Below, one piece after another: positions 47,468 to 59,160 of a stretch of 64,000 nucleotides of DNA. The notes under the pieces were generated by a model, which was not told the origin of the DNA, made no database searches, and saw only the letters and a program-made list of their open reading frames with translations. The translations under genes and the position numbers were made by a program. Source of the stretch: Spirochaetia bacterium (lineage in GTDB: Bacteria > Spirochaetota > Spirochaetia > CAKZLE01); the NCBI GenBank assembly GCA_021736385.1, contig JAIPFY010000004.1, positions 6,112-70,111 of the forward strand. Reading direction: 5' to 3'. Position 1 is the stretch's first letter, and every line of letters starts with the position of its first letter.

Positions 47468-47713
47468 ACAAATGAGGCTTCGTGCCTCATAATGACCCAT
47501 TCATGGTCACGAAACCTTCATCTGCCTGATATTTTTCCCGTGAGTGTTCATAATCTCCCGAGCAGATACTGTATATGTGAGATTGTTGTGTGTTTGTACG
47601 ATAGGTAGTGTTTGATAGTTATAGTTACCAAAATATTGAAAACTTAACTTAAATAGCTTCCATATATTCGTAAACTATTTGACTTGTTGGATGATTGGGC
47701 ATATCATACAGAT

Positions 47714-49027
47714 ATGAATGATATATTGCGCCTGATTATCGCGCAGCAACAGCAAAGATTGAAAAGCAGTTTCCCGATTGTATCTCGGGATACAGAGATC
47801 CTCCCGGTCCCAAGAAAAGCCACTATTATCATTGGAATCAGACGGAGCGGGAAGTCCACGTGGCAGCATGAAAAAATGGGATCGCTCTTGGATGAGGGTG
47901 TAGCTCATGAGAACATCTGCTATATTGATTTCTCTGATGATCGTCTCGAATTCCTCAGACTTGTAGACTCGGACCCCGCAGTGATCACAGATACTTACTA
48001 TGGGATGTATCCCCAAAAGCACGATCAGAAGGTGTACTTCTTCTTTGATGAATTGCAGTATGTCAACAGGTGGGCTCAGCTGGTTAACAGATTACAGGTC
48101 ACAGAATCCTGTGAGATCTATATCACCGGATCATCAGCTAAACTCCTTTCTAAGGAGATAGCAACGGAGTTGGGAGGAAGGTCGTTCACCTGGGAGATGT
48201 TCCCATTCTCATTCCGTGAATTTTTACGAGCGAACGGGAAACCGCAAGCCATCACTGATATTGCAAGCAGAGATGCAATCATCAGCGCATTTGGTGCATA
48301 TGTAGAGTTGGGAGGAATGCCGGAGCGGTTGGTGCTCCCCAAGGACGCGATGGCTCCCATCTATTTCCAGAACCTGGTCAACGATGTAATCACCCGTGAT
48401 ATGCTACTCAGGTATAATATGCAACACCCAGTTCAGTTGAAACGACTCGTTCATATCCTGATGAACAGTTATTCCCGACTCATCACGGTAAATAAGCTCA
48501 AACAGCGTCTTGCCGGAGAGCGAAACAAACTTTCCCCAGAATTGATCAGTGACTATATTGATAAGCTCATTGACTGCTATCTGATATGTACAATTCCTAT
48601 CCGCTCATACAATATGGCTGTTCAGGCTGTGAACCCAAAGAAAGTTTACTGTGTTGATCATGCGCTGGTTCAGGCTTTTTCTCGAGCTACATCTGAAAAT
48701 AATGGATTTGTATTGGAGAACATGGTGTTCATTGCGCTCAGGCGCTCCACCGAACATATATACTACTACAAGACTGCACTTGGTGATGAGATTGATTTTG
48801 CCGTTGGTCCAGATACTGATATCAAACTGATTCAAGTTTGCTGGGAAATGAGTAGGGAGAGCCGCACAAGAGAACGGGAACTGAAACCTCTTATTGATGG
48901 CATGGAAGAACTTGGACTTCAAGAGTCATGGATAATTACCGCGTACGAAGAAGAGGAATTCGAAGATGAGAAGACAGGTAGAACCATCCATCTTGTGCCC
49001 GCCTATTCTTGGTTATTACACAGGTAA
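47714..49027 (+). CDS. AAA ATPase of the AAA_14/DUF4143 family
   Basis: Walker A GIRRSGKST. Walker B FFFDELQ. C-terminal DUF4143-like region. Noticeably lower GC than flanks. Preceded by an AT-rich promoter region. Alternative TTG start at 47684. Confidence 0.75.
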   Translation: MNDILRLIIAQQQQRLKSSFPIVSRDTEILPVPRKATIIIGIRRSGKSTWQHEKMGSLLDEGVAHENICYIDFSDDRLEFLRLVDSDPAVITDTYYGMYPQKHDQKVYFFFDELQYVNRWAQLVNRLQVTESCEIYITGSSAKLLSKEIATELGGRSFTWEMFPFSFREFLRANGKPQAITDIASRDAIISAFGAYVELGGMPERLVLPKDAMAPIYFQNLVNDVITRDMLLRYNMQHPVQLKRLVHILMNSYSRLITVNKLKQRLAGERNKLSPELISDYIDKLIDCYLICTIPIRSYNMAVQAVNPKKVYCVDHALVQAFSRATSENNGFVLENMVFIALRRSTEHIYYYKTALGDEIDFAVGPDTDIKLIQVCWEMSRESRTRERELKPLIDGMEELGLQESWIITAYEEEEFEDEKTGRTIHLVPAYSWLLHR

Positions 49028-49035
49028 GAGGCTCT

Positions 49036-49149
49036 CATGCCACAGGGACCTTTACCAGCGAGAGCGCCTTACGATGCACGTGGTACGTATATGATTGACT
49101 GTATCCAAGCTGAGCAGCGATCTCCTCCTGGGACTGCCTGATACCCAAA
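49036..49149 (-). pseudogene. Orphan C-terminal fragment encoding a sigma-70 region-4/ECF-like HTH
   Basis: Minus-strand frame gives FLGIRQSQEEIAAQLGYSQSYTYHVHRKALSLVKVPVA*, preceded in frame by a TAA. It resembles ECF sigma region 4.2 but has no N-terminal part. Confidence 0.35.
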
Positions 49150-49210
49150 AATTAGTACTGAACAAAACATCACAGATGCTACATGCTGCAGGGATGGAAA
49201 CACAACACAC

Positions 49211-49325
49211 CATCAAACGACCATGACTGCCTGCCATGCCCTCCTGTACTGTTCCCTGACACCGCTCGAGCAGGATCTCATCAGTGTCCAAGAGGCTCCT
49301 CCCTCACGTATGAGTCTGCTGCAGG
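49211..49325 (+). repeat. Direct repeat copy 2 (ISL3 transposase 5' end, truncated after about 40 codons)
   Basis: Matches 46902-47016 with about 8 mismatches, then diverges. Confidence 0.85.
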
Positions 49326-49446
49326 AAGCAGCAGAGCATGCTGGCAATCTGATGAAAAACCGACGGTGAGTATCTGGCCTGTACTGGTACTCAGGTGTAT
49401 ACTATCAGTGGTGATGATCGATCACCGCAAGTGGTAGGAGCAGTAT

Positions 49447-49767
49447 ATGAAGAAGTTCATGATGCTATCGATGATCAGTATCCTCATGCTGCTGGTCTTC
49501 TCCTCCTGTCTTTTCCCCTATGTGCGATATCGCTACAACAGGCCCATCTACCATATGGAAGTGTTCGTTGAGAGGGCAGAGGACGGAACGGTCTATCTGA
49601 TAGAGAACCCGGGCTCACGCAGCCGCATATCCTATGTGGTCACCCGACAGACGCAGCATGCACTCGCCCCCTATGTCGGCAGGGTGATCTATGTCGATGC
49701 TCTTCTGCTGCGGATGAATAATCCCTGGTTCGGGGAGTTGAGGATCCTCTTGGTGTATGACGAGTGA
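49447..49767 (+). CDS. Small lipoprotein, hypothetical
   Basis: Signal peptide with lipobox VFSSC. 106 aa. No recognisable domain. Confidence 0.45.
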   Translation: MKKFMMLSMISILMLLVFSSCLFPYVRYRYNRPIYHMEVFVERAEDGTVYLIENPGSRSRISYVVTRQTQHALAPYVGRVIYVDALLLRMNNPWFGELRILLVYDE

Positions 49768-49775
49768 CCTGCAGG

Positions 49776-50657
49776 TCAGCTGCAGTACCCCATGATATCG
49801 TAGATCAGCTGTGCGGCAGAGAAGTCGCAGTAGGGCAGATGTTCGATAGGAGCAAGCTCGACAACGTCGAAACCTCTGAGTGTATACCTGCTGCAGATCA
49901 GCTGCAGCAGCTGAGCCATATCATACCAGGATACACCTCCCGGGACAGGGGTCCCTGTGGCAGGCATGAACGAGGGATCGAAGGCATCGACATCGATGGT
50001 GATGTAGATGTCGTTCGGGAAATCGTCCGGTATACAGGAGAGCACCTGCTGTGCGAACTGTTCGCCGAAGGTCTGTCTCATCCGGTACAACCGGTCTCCG
50101 TCGACATGATGGATGTCATGCTCCAGACGGAAGGAGACCTCCTGTTCACACAGAGCTCTGACTCCCAGCTGGAAGATCGGCAGCTGCAGCTCGTCAGTGA
50201 CGCGCTGCATGACCGATGCATGGGAGTACCGGTTGCCTTCATAGGCTTTTCTGAGATCTGCATGTGCATCGAACTGGATCACTCCCAGTGATCCAGTGGT
50301 CCTGCAGCACGCTGCGATGGGAGCGAAGGAGACCGTATGTTCACCACCGAGGGTCACCGGGATCGCATGATGGTCCAGTGCTGCTGATGTACGTCCTTCG
50401 AGTTCAGCAAGGAACGCAGCTGTCTCCAGCTGAGGATCGATCATTCGCTGGGTATGGATGCCTCCTGTAGAGGGGTCTTTCCCTCCTGTCAGGACTTCGA
50501 GCTGGTCAGAGGCCCTGAGGATCGCTTCAGGACCCCGTGCAGTACCTCCGCCGTAGGAGACACTGCGTTCCAGCGGTGCCGGTATGATATGGAAACGGGA
50601 ACGGTCTACCGGTCCGTTTGGGATCTCCGATGCCAGGAACCATGGCAGTGCATTCAT
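49776..50657 (-). CDS. speB: Agmatinase (ureohydrolase family)
   Basis: Arginase-fold motifs (GGEHTVS, FDAHADL, ITIDVDAFDP). ATGA overlap with nspC. Confidence 0.85.
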   Translation of the reverse strand: MNALPWFLASEIPNGPVDRSRFHIIPAPLERSVSYGGGTARGPEAILRASDQLEVLTGGKDPSTGGIHTQRMIDPQLETAAFLAELEGRTSAALDHHAIPVTLGGEHTVSFAPIAACCRTTGSLGVIQFDAHADLRKAYEGNRYSHASVMQRVTDELQLPIFQLGVRALCEQEVSFRLEHDIHHVDGDRLYRMRQTFGEQFAQQVLSCIPDDFPNDIYITIDVDAFDPSFMPATGTPVPGGVSWYDMAQLLQLICSRYTLRGFDVVELAPIEHLPYCDFSAAQLIYDIMGYCS

Positions 50658-51826
50658 GAAAGTCGTCCTTTGAAGTCCTCATACCCGAACTCTTTGATGA
50701 TCGAGAGTTCTGCAGTCCTTGAGTCATACGTCGAGATGGAGGGGAGTCGGATGCCATTGAAGGTGGTGGTCTTGACCATGGTGTAGTGAGCCATATCGGT
50801 GAAGATCAGCCGCTGTCCCACTTCCAGTGGAGCATCGAAACTGTAGTCCCCGATGACATCTCCCGCAAGGCAGGTCATGCCGCCGAGGCGATAGGTATGG
50901 GGTTTCACCTGTGGATGAGCTGCACCGATGATCTGCGGCCGATAGGGCATCTCGAGGACATCAGGCATGTGACAGCTTGCTGACGTATCAAGGATCGCGA
51001 TCGGCATACCGTTACGGGTGATGTCGAGTACCGTCGCCACGAGGATCCCGGTGTCGAGTGCCACAGCCTCTCCCGGTTCCAGATAGACCTGTACCTGGTA
51101 GGTCGACTCGATCCTGCTGATGAGATCGATCAGGGCCTGCCGGTCATAGTCAGCCCGCGTGATATGGTGACCTCCACCAAGATTGATCCATGCTGCCGAG
51201 TGCAGCAGTGGTGAGTAATCCTCTTCGACACGGTCCCAGGTGCGGATCAGGGCATCGGAGTTCTGTTCACAGAGGTTGTGTATGTGGAAGCCCTCTATCC
51301 CCTCTATGTATCCGGCGGTAAAGACCTCCTGCGGGAACTGGTCTCTGGTGATCCCCAGTCGTGAGTACGGTGCGGAGGGGTCATACATGGGAGTCTCGGC
51401 CTCCTGCTGCTGCGGGTTGATACGCAGCCCGAAGGAGACCCTATCCTGCCACTGGCGGGTCGTAGGACGGAAACGGTCCCACAGGGAGAAGGAGTTGAAG
51501 ATCAGATGGTCTGAATAGCGGAGGAACGAACTGAGCATCTGTTCATCGAACCCTGCTGCATAGCTGTGAACCTGCTGTCCCATCTCCTCTCTGCCCAGAC
51601 GTGCCTCGTCCGGGGAGCTGGCACAGACCCCGTGAAGATAGGATCTGATCAGGGGGAATGTCGAGAACATGCTGAACCCTTTGAGGGCAAGCAGGATCTG
51701 TGCATGGGTCTGCTGCTGGATGCTGTCCAGGATCTGACAGTTCTCTTCCAGCAGTGCAAGATCCACGACATACCCCGGAGAGGGGACTGCGTATGGGTCG
51801 AACCCTATAAATCCATCACGTTCCAT
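50654..51826 (-). CDS. nspC: Carboxynorspermidine/carboxyspermidine decarboxylase
   Basis: 390 aa. PLP-dependent fold-III decarboxylase. N-terminus and length match NspC/CANSDC. Sits between CANSDH and agmatinase. Confidence 0.75.
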   Translation of the reverse strand: MERDGFIGFDPYAVPSPGYVVDLALLEENCQILDSIQQQTHAQILLALKGFSMFSTFPLIRSYLHGVCASSPDEARLGREEMGQQVHSYAAGFDEQMLSSFLRYSDHLIFNSFSLWDRFRPTTRQWQDRVSFGLRINPQQQEAETPMYDPSAPYSRLGITRDQFPQEVFTAGYIEGIEGFHIHNLCEQNSDALIRTWDRVEEDYSPLLHSAAWINLGGGHHITRADYDRQALIDLISRIESTYQVQVYLEPGEAVALDTGILVATVLDITRNGMPIAILDTSASCHMPDVLEMPYRPQIIGAAHPQVKPHTYRLGGMTCLAGDVIGDYSFDAPLEVGQRLIFTDMAHYTMVKTTTFNGIRLPSISTYDSRTAELSIIKEFGYEDFKGRLS

Positions 51827-52983
51827 GGTAGTCCATATGCACCTAGTGCCTCCATAAAGGGATCAGGATCGAACTGTTCCATATTATACACCCCTGGGCC
51901 TCTCCAGGTTCCCTCGATCAGCATCTTGGCACCGATCATCGCAGGGACACCGGTGGTATAGCTGATCGCCTGAGACCCCACCTCTTTGTAGGCCTCCTGA
52001 TGATCACAGATGTTGTAGATGTATATCGTCTTCTCCCTGCCGTCTTTGATGCCTTTGATCAGGCATCCTATACAGGTCTTCCCGGTCGTGCGTGATCCGA
52101 GTTCAGAAGGTTTTGGCAGCAGGGCCTTGAGGAACTGGATGGGGATGATCTGATGTCCCTCATACTCGACCGGATCGATGCGTGTCATGCCTACGTGCTG
52201 CAGCACTTCAAGATGTGTCAGGTACTGCTCAGAGAAGCTCATCCAGAACTGTGCCCGTCTGAGGGTGGGGTACTGTCGTACCAGGGACTCCAGTTCCTCA
52301 TGGTACATGCGGTAGATCGTATAGGTTCCCACCTCTTCCGGACAGGAGAACTCCTTTGACATGCTCATCGCCGGGGTCTCTATGAAGGTCCCCTCTTCCC
52401 AGTGCCTGCAGGGTGCGGTGACCTCCCTGATGTTGATCTCAGGGTTGAAGTTCGTAGCAAAGGCATACCCATGGGATCCACCGTTCACATCGATGATGTC
52501 AAGCTCGTGGATCTCGTCAAAGAAGTGCTTCTGTGCATAGGCGGTGAACACATTGGTGACTCCTGGATCGAAGCCGCTGCCCAGCAGGGCTGTAAGACCT
52601 GCCTGCTTGAACCGCTCGTGGTAGGCCCATTGCCAGCTGTATTCGAATCTGGCCACCTCCGGTGGTTCGTAGTTCGCCGTATCAAGATAGCTGATCCCGG
52701 CGGCAAGACAGGCGTCCATGATCGAGAGGTCCTGATAGGGCAGGGCCACATTGATCACCAGCTCCGGTTTCCAGGAGTTCAGCAGGGCTGTGAGCTCTGC
52801 GACATCATCGGCATCGATCTGAGCGGTCTCGATGGGACGGGAGACGGCTGCAGCGATGGCATCACACTTCGACTTCGTCCTGCTGGCAAGCAGGATCGAT
52901 GAGAAGGTCTCGGGAAGCTGTGCACATTTATGGGTGACGACGCTGCCTACACCCCCTGCACCAATGATCAATACTCGTGACAT
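51805..52983 (-). CDS. Carboxynorspermidine/carboxyspermidine dehydrogenase (saccharopine dehydrogenase family)
   Basis: N-terminal Rossmann VLIIGAGGVGSVV. 392 aa. Saccharopine-DH-like C-terminal domain. Confidence 0.8.
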   Translation of the reverse strand: MSRVLIIGAGGVGSVVTHKCAQLPETFSSILLASRTKSKCDAIAAAVSRPIETAQIDADDVAELTALLNSWKPELVINVALPYQDLSIMDACLAAGISYLDTANYEPPEVARFEYSWQWAYHERFKQAGLTALLGSGFDPGVTNVFTAYAQKHFFDEIHELDIIDVNGGSHGYAFATNFNPEINIREVTAPCRHWEEGTFIETPAMSMSKEFSCPEEVGTYTIYRMYHEELESLVRQYPTLRRAQFWMSFSEQYLTHLEVLQHVGMTRIDPVEYEGHQIIPIQFLKALLPKPSELGSRTTGKTCIGCLIKGIKDGREKTIYIYNICDHQEAYKEVGSQAISYTTGVPAMIGAKMLIEGTWRGPGVYNMEQFDPDPFMEALGAYGLPWNVMDL

Positions 52984-52999
52984 GAGTTTTGCTCCTTTC

Positions 53000-55003
53000 T
53001 TAACGATGGTTCTCGAAATAGGTATACCCTCTCAGGCTCTCTTCAAAGTTCTTTACCATGAGCATTCGCTCCTTGGGGGTGATCATCTGATGTCTCACCG
53101 CCTGCTCAGCACGTTTTCGGTACTGGGAGAGCAGCTTCTTCGGATCATATTCCACATAGCTGAGCACATCTGCGATGCTGTCCCCTTCGATCTCCTTGAC
53201 GATACTGAAGGTCCCGTCGGGCTCCAGCCTGACGCTCACCACATTGGTATCACCAAAGAGATTGTGCAGATCCCCCAACGTCTCCTGATACGCTCCGACG
53301 AGGAAGAAGCCCAGATAGTACTCTTCATTCGATCTGAGTTCATGGAGCAGCAGGGTCTTCTTCTCATCGTGCAGATCGACGAATCGGTCGATGACCCCGT
53401 CACAGTCGCAGGTGATATCGGCAACGACCGCATGCCGTGTAGGCTCCTCTTTCAGCCGGTGTATCGGCATGATAGGAAATACCTGATCGATCGCCCATGA
53501 GTCGGGGAGAGACTGGAAGATACTGAAATTGGCATAGTAGACATCAGAGAGGGCCTCATCCAGGCCGTCGAGTCCGGGCATCTTCCTCTTCATCGATTTC
53601 GCTGTTCTGGCGATCTGTTCTATCGTCTTCAGGAAGATCGACTCTCCCATGGAGCGTTCTCTCAATGATATCTGACCCAGTCGGAATCGCTGCCTTATCT
53701 CATCGCGGTAGAAGATCGCATCGTTGAAGCATTCCTGGATGTTCTTGACCGTCAGATCCGTCGATATCTGCAGCAGATTGATGATCTGTTCAGGCATCGA
53801 ATCATCCGGTTCCGGTATGATCTGTGGTTTGGGTTTGAACTGCGCCGAGTCAAGGACGTTCACGATCAGGACAGAGTAGTAGGCTACCGTCGAACGGCCT
53901 GATTCTGTGATGATGGTCGGATGGGGGACCCCGGTCTCATCCAGAACACTCAGTACCACTTCGATCACATCGGAGGTGTACTCATCGAGTGAGTAGTTCT
54001 TACTGTGGACATAGTTCGTCTGTGATCCGTCATAGTCGACCGCAAGGCCTCCGCCGAGATCGAAGTAGCCCATCGGGGCTCCCTCACTGACCAGATCGGC
54101 ATAGAACCTGCTCGCCTCCAGGACTCCCTGTCGGATGTCTCGGATGTTGGGGATCTGCGAGCCGAGATGGTAGTGCAGCAGCTGCAGGCAGGGAAGCTGA
54201 CCGGTCTCCTTCAATCGATCGACGACATCGATGAGCTGAGAGGTCGTCAGTCCGAAGATACTGCGGTCACCCCCGGACTCACTCCAGTTGCCGCCGACTT
54301 TCGAGGAGAGTTTGAGACGTACTCCGATCCTCGGGTCCACATGCAGCTGTGCCGCCCGTTCAAGGATCAGTTCCAGTTCACCTGGGCGCTCGATGACCAG
54401 AAAACAGGAGTAGCCGATCTTCAGTGCATTGAGGGCGAGGTCGATGAACTCCGCATCCTTATAGCCGTTGCAGATCAGACAGGCCTCAGGGTCTTCGAGC
54501 ATAGCCAGAGCTGCGATCAGTTCTGCCTTGCTGCCGGCTTCAAGCCCGTGATGGTATCTTCTGCCGAACATGGTGATCTCGTCGATGACCTGTTCCTGCT
54601 GATTCACTTTGATCGGGAACACACCGCGATAGTCTCCCTTGTACTCGAGGGTTTTGATCGCACGCTGGAAACTCTCGTTGAGCATGGTGATCTGATTGTC
54701 AAGCAGATTCTCTATACGAAGCAGGATAGGGGGTTCCAGTCCCCGTTCTTTGATACCCTCTATGATATCAACGATAGGCACTGGTGTGTTCTTATGCGAA
54801 TTGGTCGATGCTGATATGGTGACCTCTCCGTCAGGTGATACGTTGAAATATCCTGCACCCCAGGTCTCGATACCGTATAGTTCTGAAGATTTCGTCAGAT
54901 CCCAGCTTTCCAGTAACTGCTTCTTGCTCAATCGGTTGGCCTCCCTGTCGAGACTGATGTCCCGCATATCATCGAGTATACTGAAGATCTTCAAAAAAAG
55001 CAT
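53000..55003 (-). CDS. speA: Biosynthetic arginine decarboxylase (PLP-dependent)
   Basis: 667 aa. Fold-III PLP decarboxylase with the long SpeA-type N-terminal and C-terminal regions. Confidence 0.85.
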   Translation of the reverse strand: MLFLKIFSILDDMRDISLDREANRLSKKQLLESWDLTKSSELYGIETWGAGYFNVSPDGEVTISASTNSHKNTPVPIVDIIEGIKERGLEPPILLRIENLLDNQITMLNESFQRAIKTLEYKGDYRGVFPIKVNQQEQVIDEITMFGRRYHHGLEAGSKAELIAALAMLEDPEACLICNGYKDAEFIDLALNALKIGYSCFLVIERPGELELILERAAQLHVDPRIGVRLKLSSKVGGNWSESGGDRSIFGLTTSQLIDVVDRLKETGQLPCLQLLHYHLGSQIPNIRDIRQGVLEASRFYADLVSEGAPMGYFDLGGGLAVDYDGSQTNYVHSKNYSLDEYTSDVIEVVLSVLDETGVPHPTIITESGRSTVAYYSVLIVNVLDSAQFKPKPQIIPEPDDSMPEQIINLLQISTDLTVKNIQECFNDAIFYRDEIRQRFRLGQISLRERSMGESIFLKTIEQIARTAKSMKRKMPGLDGLDEALSDVYYANFSIFQSLPDSWAIDQVFPIMPIHRLKEEPTRHAVVADITCDCDGVIDRFVDLHDEKKTLLLHELRSNEEYYLGFFLVGAYQETLGDLHNLFGDTNVVSVRLEPDGTFSIVKEIEGDSIADVLSYVEYDPKKLLSQYRKRAEQAVRHQMITPKERMLMVKNFEESLRGYTYFENHR

Positions 55004-55192
55004 CTCATGTTCCAGTATACTATGAGAACATCAGATGAACCACCCCGCTTGGGAAAACACCGATATAATGAAGTCCCATGGGAGAAAAATCAAGTATGCA
55101 GCCGATGATTCTCATACGAAAGTGCAGAGATGGTGATCTGAGGATGTGCCTGGAGGGAGGGGAGCAGAAAGCGGTCAGGGGTGCGACGGGAA

Positions 55193-55228
55193 GCGGGGTC
55201 AGCTCTCCTGCAGGAGATATGACCCCGC
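55193..55228 (-). terminator. Hairpin 7 nt downstream of the gdhA stop (9-bp stem with internal palindrome CTCCTGCAGGAG)
   Basis: GCGGGGTCA...TGACCCCGC. Weak U-tract. Confidence 0.5.
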
Positions 55229-55234
55229 CGAATC

Positions 55235-56656
<1,422 letters not shown>

Positions 56657-56798
56657 TGAATGAGGGGGACTCTGGAGTGGGATTTTTGCAGGAATGTTGC
56701 TGCAAACCGTGAGAATGCAACAGATCTGACGTGATTTGTTGAGATGATAACACTGTTTGCCTGCTTCGGGCTGATTCTGCCCTGACAGTGCAACATGA

Positions 56799-58160
56799 TC
56801 AGTCTACGGAGACCCTCTGCAGCTTCGCCTCTTTCCGCCGCTGTTTGTCGAGGGTCACCAGCGCTATCCCGACTCCCGAAGTCATGGCGAACATATAGAT
56901 CACCGGGGTCAGCCGGAAGACCCATTCGAGGAACCCGATCATCAGGAAGGCCACGATACCCACCGCAAGTCCGAGCATCAGCAGATGATCGAGATGCTTC
57001 CATCTCAGTCCGTTCAATCCGATCGGGAGGACGATGGATGCCAGCAGCAGGATGAACACGGCCAGCCCGGTGTACCCCATCTCCGCTGCAGTGAGCAGAT
57101 AGATATGGTGTGCGACCCCTCCCTCTTCCTCGTTGGCCATGATCACGATGTGCTCACGATATTTCTCCACATTGGTGAGGGCATATGAGTACTGATTGAG
57201 ACCGACTCCGAAGAACTTGTCTTCAGCCATCATCTCTGCAGCATAATTGAACTCCTCGCGAGCCCCTTCGCTCTCCTCGGGGGCATGGAGGAATCGGTAG
57301 ATCACCGTATCGATCACCATCAGACCGCCGATCGCCATGGCGATGATGATCACCAGAGTAGAGAACCGTATGCGTAACTGGTCCACCGAAAGCCGTCGTT
57401 TCCGCAGATTCACGATCATGATCGCTGCTACGACCGAACCGGCTGCCACCACGTAGCCGGTTCGGGAACCGGTAGCGAAGATGGCAAAGATCATTCCGAG
57501 CGATGCTGCCATGGACAGACCGTACTGTATGAAGCCCAGCCGTTTATCGGCCATGCCCCAGATCAGGAGCATGCACAGCGGCATGATGAGAAAGGAGGGG
57601 ACGGTATTGGAGTGATCGAACAGTGCCGGGATCCGGTAGTATCCATCAAGATATTTCTGTTTGAAGGCGATCAGGAGCATGAAGATACCGATCGCGACGA
57701 ATCCTGCCCAGATTGCCGTGAGGATCTCTGTACCGCCCTCTTCGGTCACGATCAGATTGATGATGCACCAGTAGAGCATGGCGGCTCGGAAGATCTGCCA
57801 GAGAAAGAAGTACCCGTAGATCGGTACCGGACTGATCACCACATTGATCACTGCCAGGATGAAGAAGAGCAGGCATATGAGGAACGTCTTGGGAATCCAG
57901 ATGATCTGCCTGGGTTTCGTGGCAACGAGGACCAGGATCAGCGCCATGACGATGATATCGGTTATGGTGATCTCAAACCCCCGCGAAGGGCCTCGGTAGT
58001 GCTCCATCGAAAGGAAGTTTATACTCACCCTGGCTCCGAGCATCGTCGTGAAGATCATGAAGGAGACCAGCAGGTATTTGATCTTCGGCATGATGATAGA
58101 GACCATCATCATGCCCGGTATGCCGACTACTATGGCAAGGGCGAAGGCGATGTATTTCAT
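56799..58160 (-). CDS. O-antigen ligase/polymerase-like (Wzy_C) polytopic membrane protein
   Basis: 453 aa, about 10-12 TM helices with a large periplasmic loop late in the sequence. Family assignment from topology and loose motif resemblance only. Confidence 0.5.
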   Translation of the reverse strand: MKYIAFALAIVVGIPGMMMVSIIMPKIKYLLVSFMIFTTMLGARVSINFLSMEHYRGPSRGFEITITDIIVMALILVLVATKPRQIIWIPKTFLICLLFFILAVINVVISPVPIYGYFFLWQIFRAAMLYWCIINLIVTEEGGTEILTAIWAGFVAIGIFMLLIAFKQKYLDGYYRIPALFDHSNTVPSFLIMPLCMLLIWGMADKRLGFIQYGLSMAASLGMIFAIFATGSRTGYVVAAGSVVAAIMIVNLRKRRLSVDQLRIRFSTLVIIIAMAIGGLMVIDTVIYRFLHAPEESEGAREEFNYAAEMMAEDKFFGVGLNQYSYALTNVEKYREHIVIMANEEEGGVAHHIYLLTAAEMGYTGLAVFILLLASIVLPIGLNGLRWKHLDHLLMLGLAVGIVAFLMIGFLEWVFRLTPVIYMFAMTSGVGIALVTLDKQRRKEAKLQRVSVD

Positions 58161-58245
58161 ATGTTCTGTATCATATCATACCGCAGGAGGCTGTGAAACA
58201 GAAAAACGGATATACAGAAGTGCAAAGAGCAGATAGAATGGGTTC

Positions 58246-58902
58246 ATGGAACACTATATCGTGATTGCGGGGAATATCGGAGCTGGGAAATCGACGCTGG
58301 TGGAGCGGTTGAGTGCACGGTTCAACTGGATACCGTACTATGAACCGGTAGCTGAGAACCCGTATCTTGGGGATTTCTACCGGGATATGCAGCAGTGGGC
58401 CTTCCACTCACAGCTCTTCTTTCTCACAAGCCGTCTGCAGATGCATCTGTCACTGCAGGACCAGAGCGGCAAGGTCGTTCAGGATCGCTCGGTTTTCGAG
58501 GATGCTGAGATCTTCGCACGTAATCTTCATGAGAGGGGATTGTTGTCAGAGCGGGATCTTTCCACCTATATGAAGGTCTATGAGACCGGGCTCTCGTTCC
58601 TGCAGCCGCCTGATCTGCTGGTCTATCTCAGATCCTCGCTCCCGACCCTCAGGAGGCGGATAGCACTTCGCGGCAGGGAGATCGAAGACGATATCTCCGA
58701 TGACTATCTCAGTAGTCTGAATCGACTGTACGAGCAGTGGATAGACCGCTATGCACTCAGTCCGGTACTGACCATCGATACCGGCAGTATCGACATCATC
58801 GAGAACCCCACCGATCTCGATCGGGTAGTGGGACTGATCCATGAAGCGATGAAGGGAAAGCAGGAAGAGCTGTTTGATGCATCTCTTGAGAAGGATCACT
58901 AG
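58246..58902 (+). CDS. Deoxynucleoside kinase (dAK/dGK/dCK family)
   Basis: P-loop IAGNIGAGKSTL. ERS-like motif. 218 aa. Confidence 0.85.
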   Translation: MEHYIVIAGNIGAGKSTLVERLSARFNWIPYYEPVAENPYLGDFYRDMQQWAFHSQLFFLTSRLQMHLSLQDQSGKVVQDRSVFEDAEIFARNLHERGLLSERDLSTYMKVYETGLSFLQPPDLLVYLRSSLPTLRRRIALRGREIEDDISDDYLSSLNRLYEQWIDRYALSPVLTIDTGSIDIIENPTDLDRVVGLIHEAMKGKQEELFDASLEKDH

Positions 58903-58914
58903 GCGCCGCAGCTC

Positions 58915-59160
58915 CTAGTCGGTATCCTGCAGACCCCTGTTCTTGTATCGATAGATGAAAGCCTGATAAGCCAGGATGGCTCCGGAGATCTCTGCTGCCT
59001 TCAGGTTCCCTCTTCCTGTCCAGTCAAGCCCCTCATACTTCACCAATGACTGCAGCTCGCCTTCGAGCTTCTCGATGGTGAAATCCTGAGCCAGAGCCTG
59101 CTCCTTCAGTCGGTTCATCGTGATCTCATACTGCGAATCAAATACTTCATCTTCAAGCAT
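58915..59160 (-). CDS. Hypothetical small protein (81 aa)
   Basis: Clean ORF with purine-rich RBS. No recognisable domain. Confidence 0.35.
   Translation of the reverse strand: MLEDEVFDSQYEITMNRLKEQALAQDFTIEKLEGELQSLVKYEGLDWTGRGNLKAAEISGAILAYQAFIYRYKNRGLQDTD

Noticed and set aside
47468-47713. AT-rich 245-bp region with small hairpins (GAGGC-TTCGT-GCCTC) as a possible sRNA
   Set aside because: No convincing promoter/terminator pair. More simply explained as a junction and promoter region of the acquired ATPase cassette.
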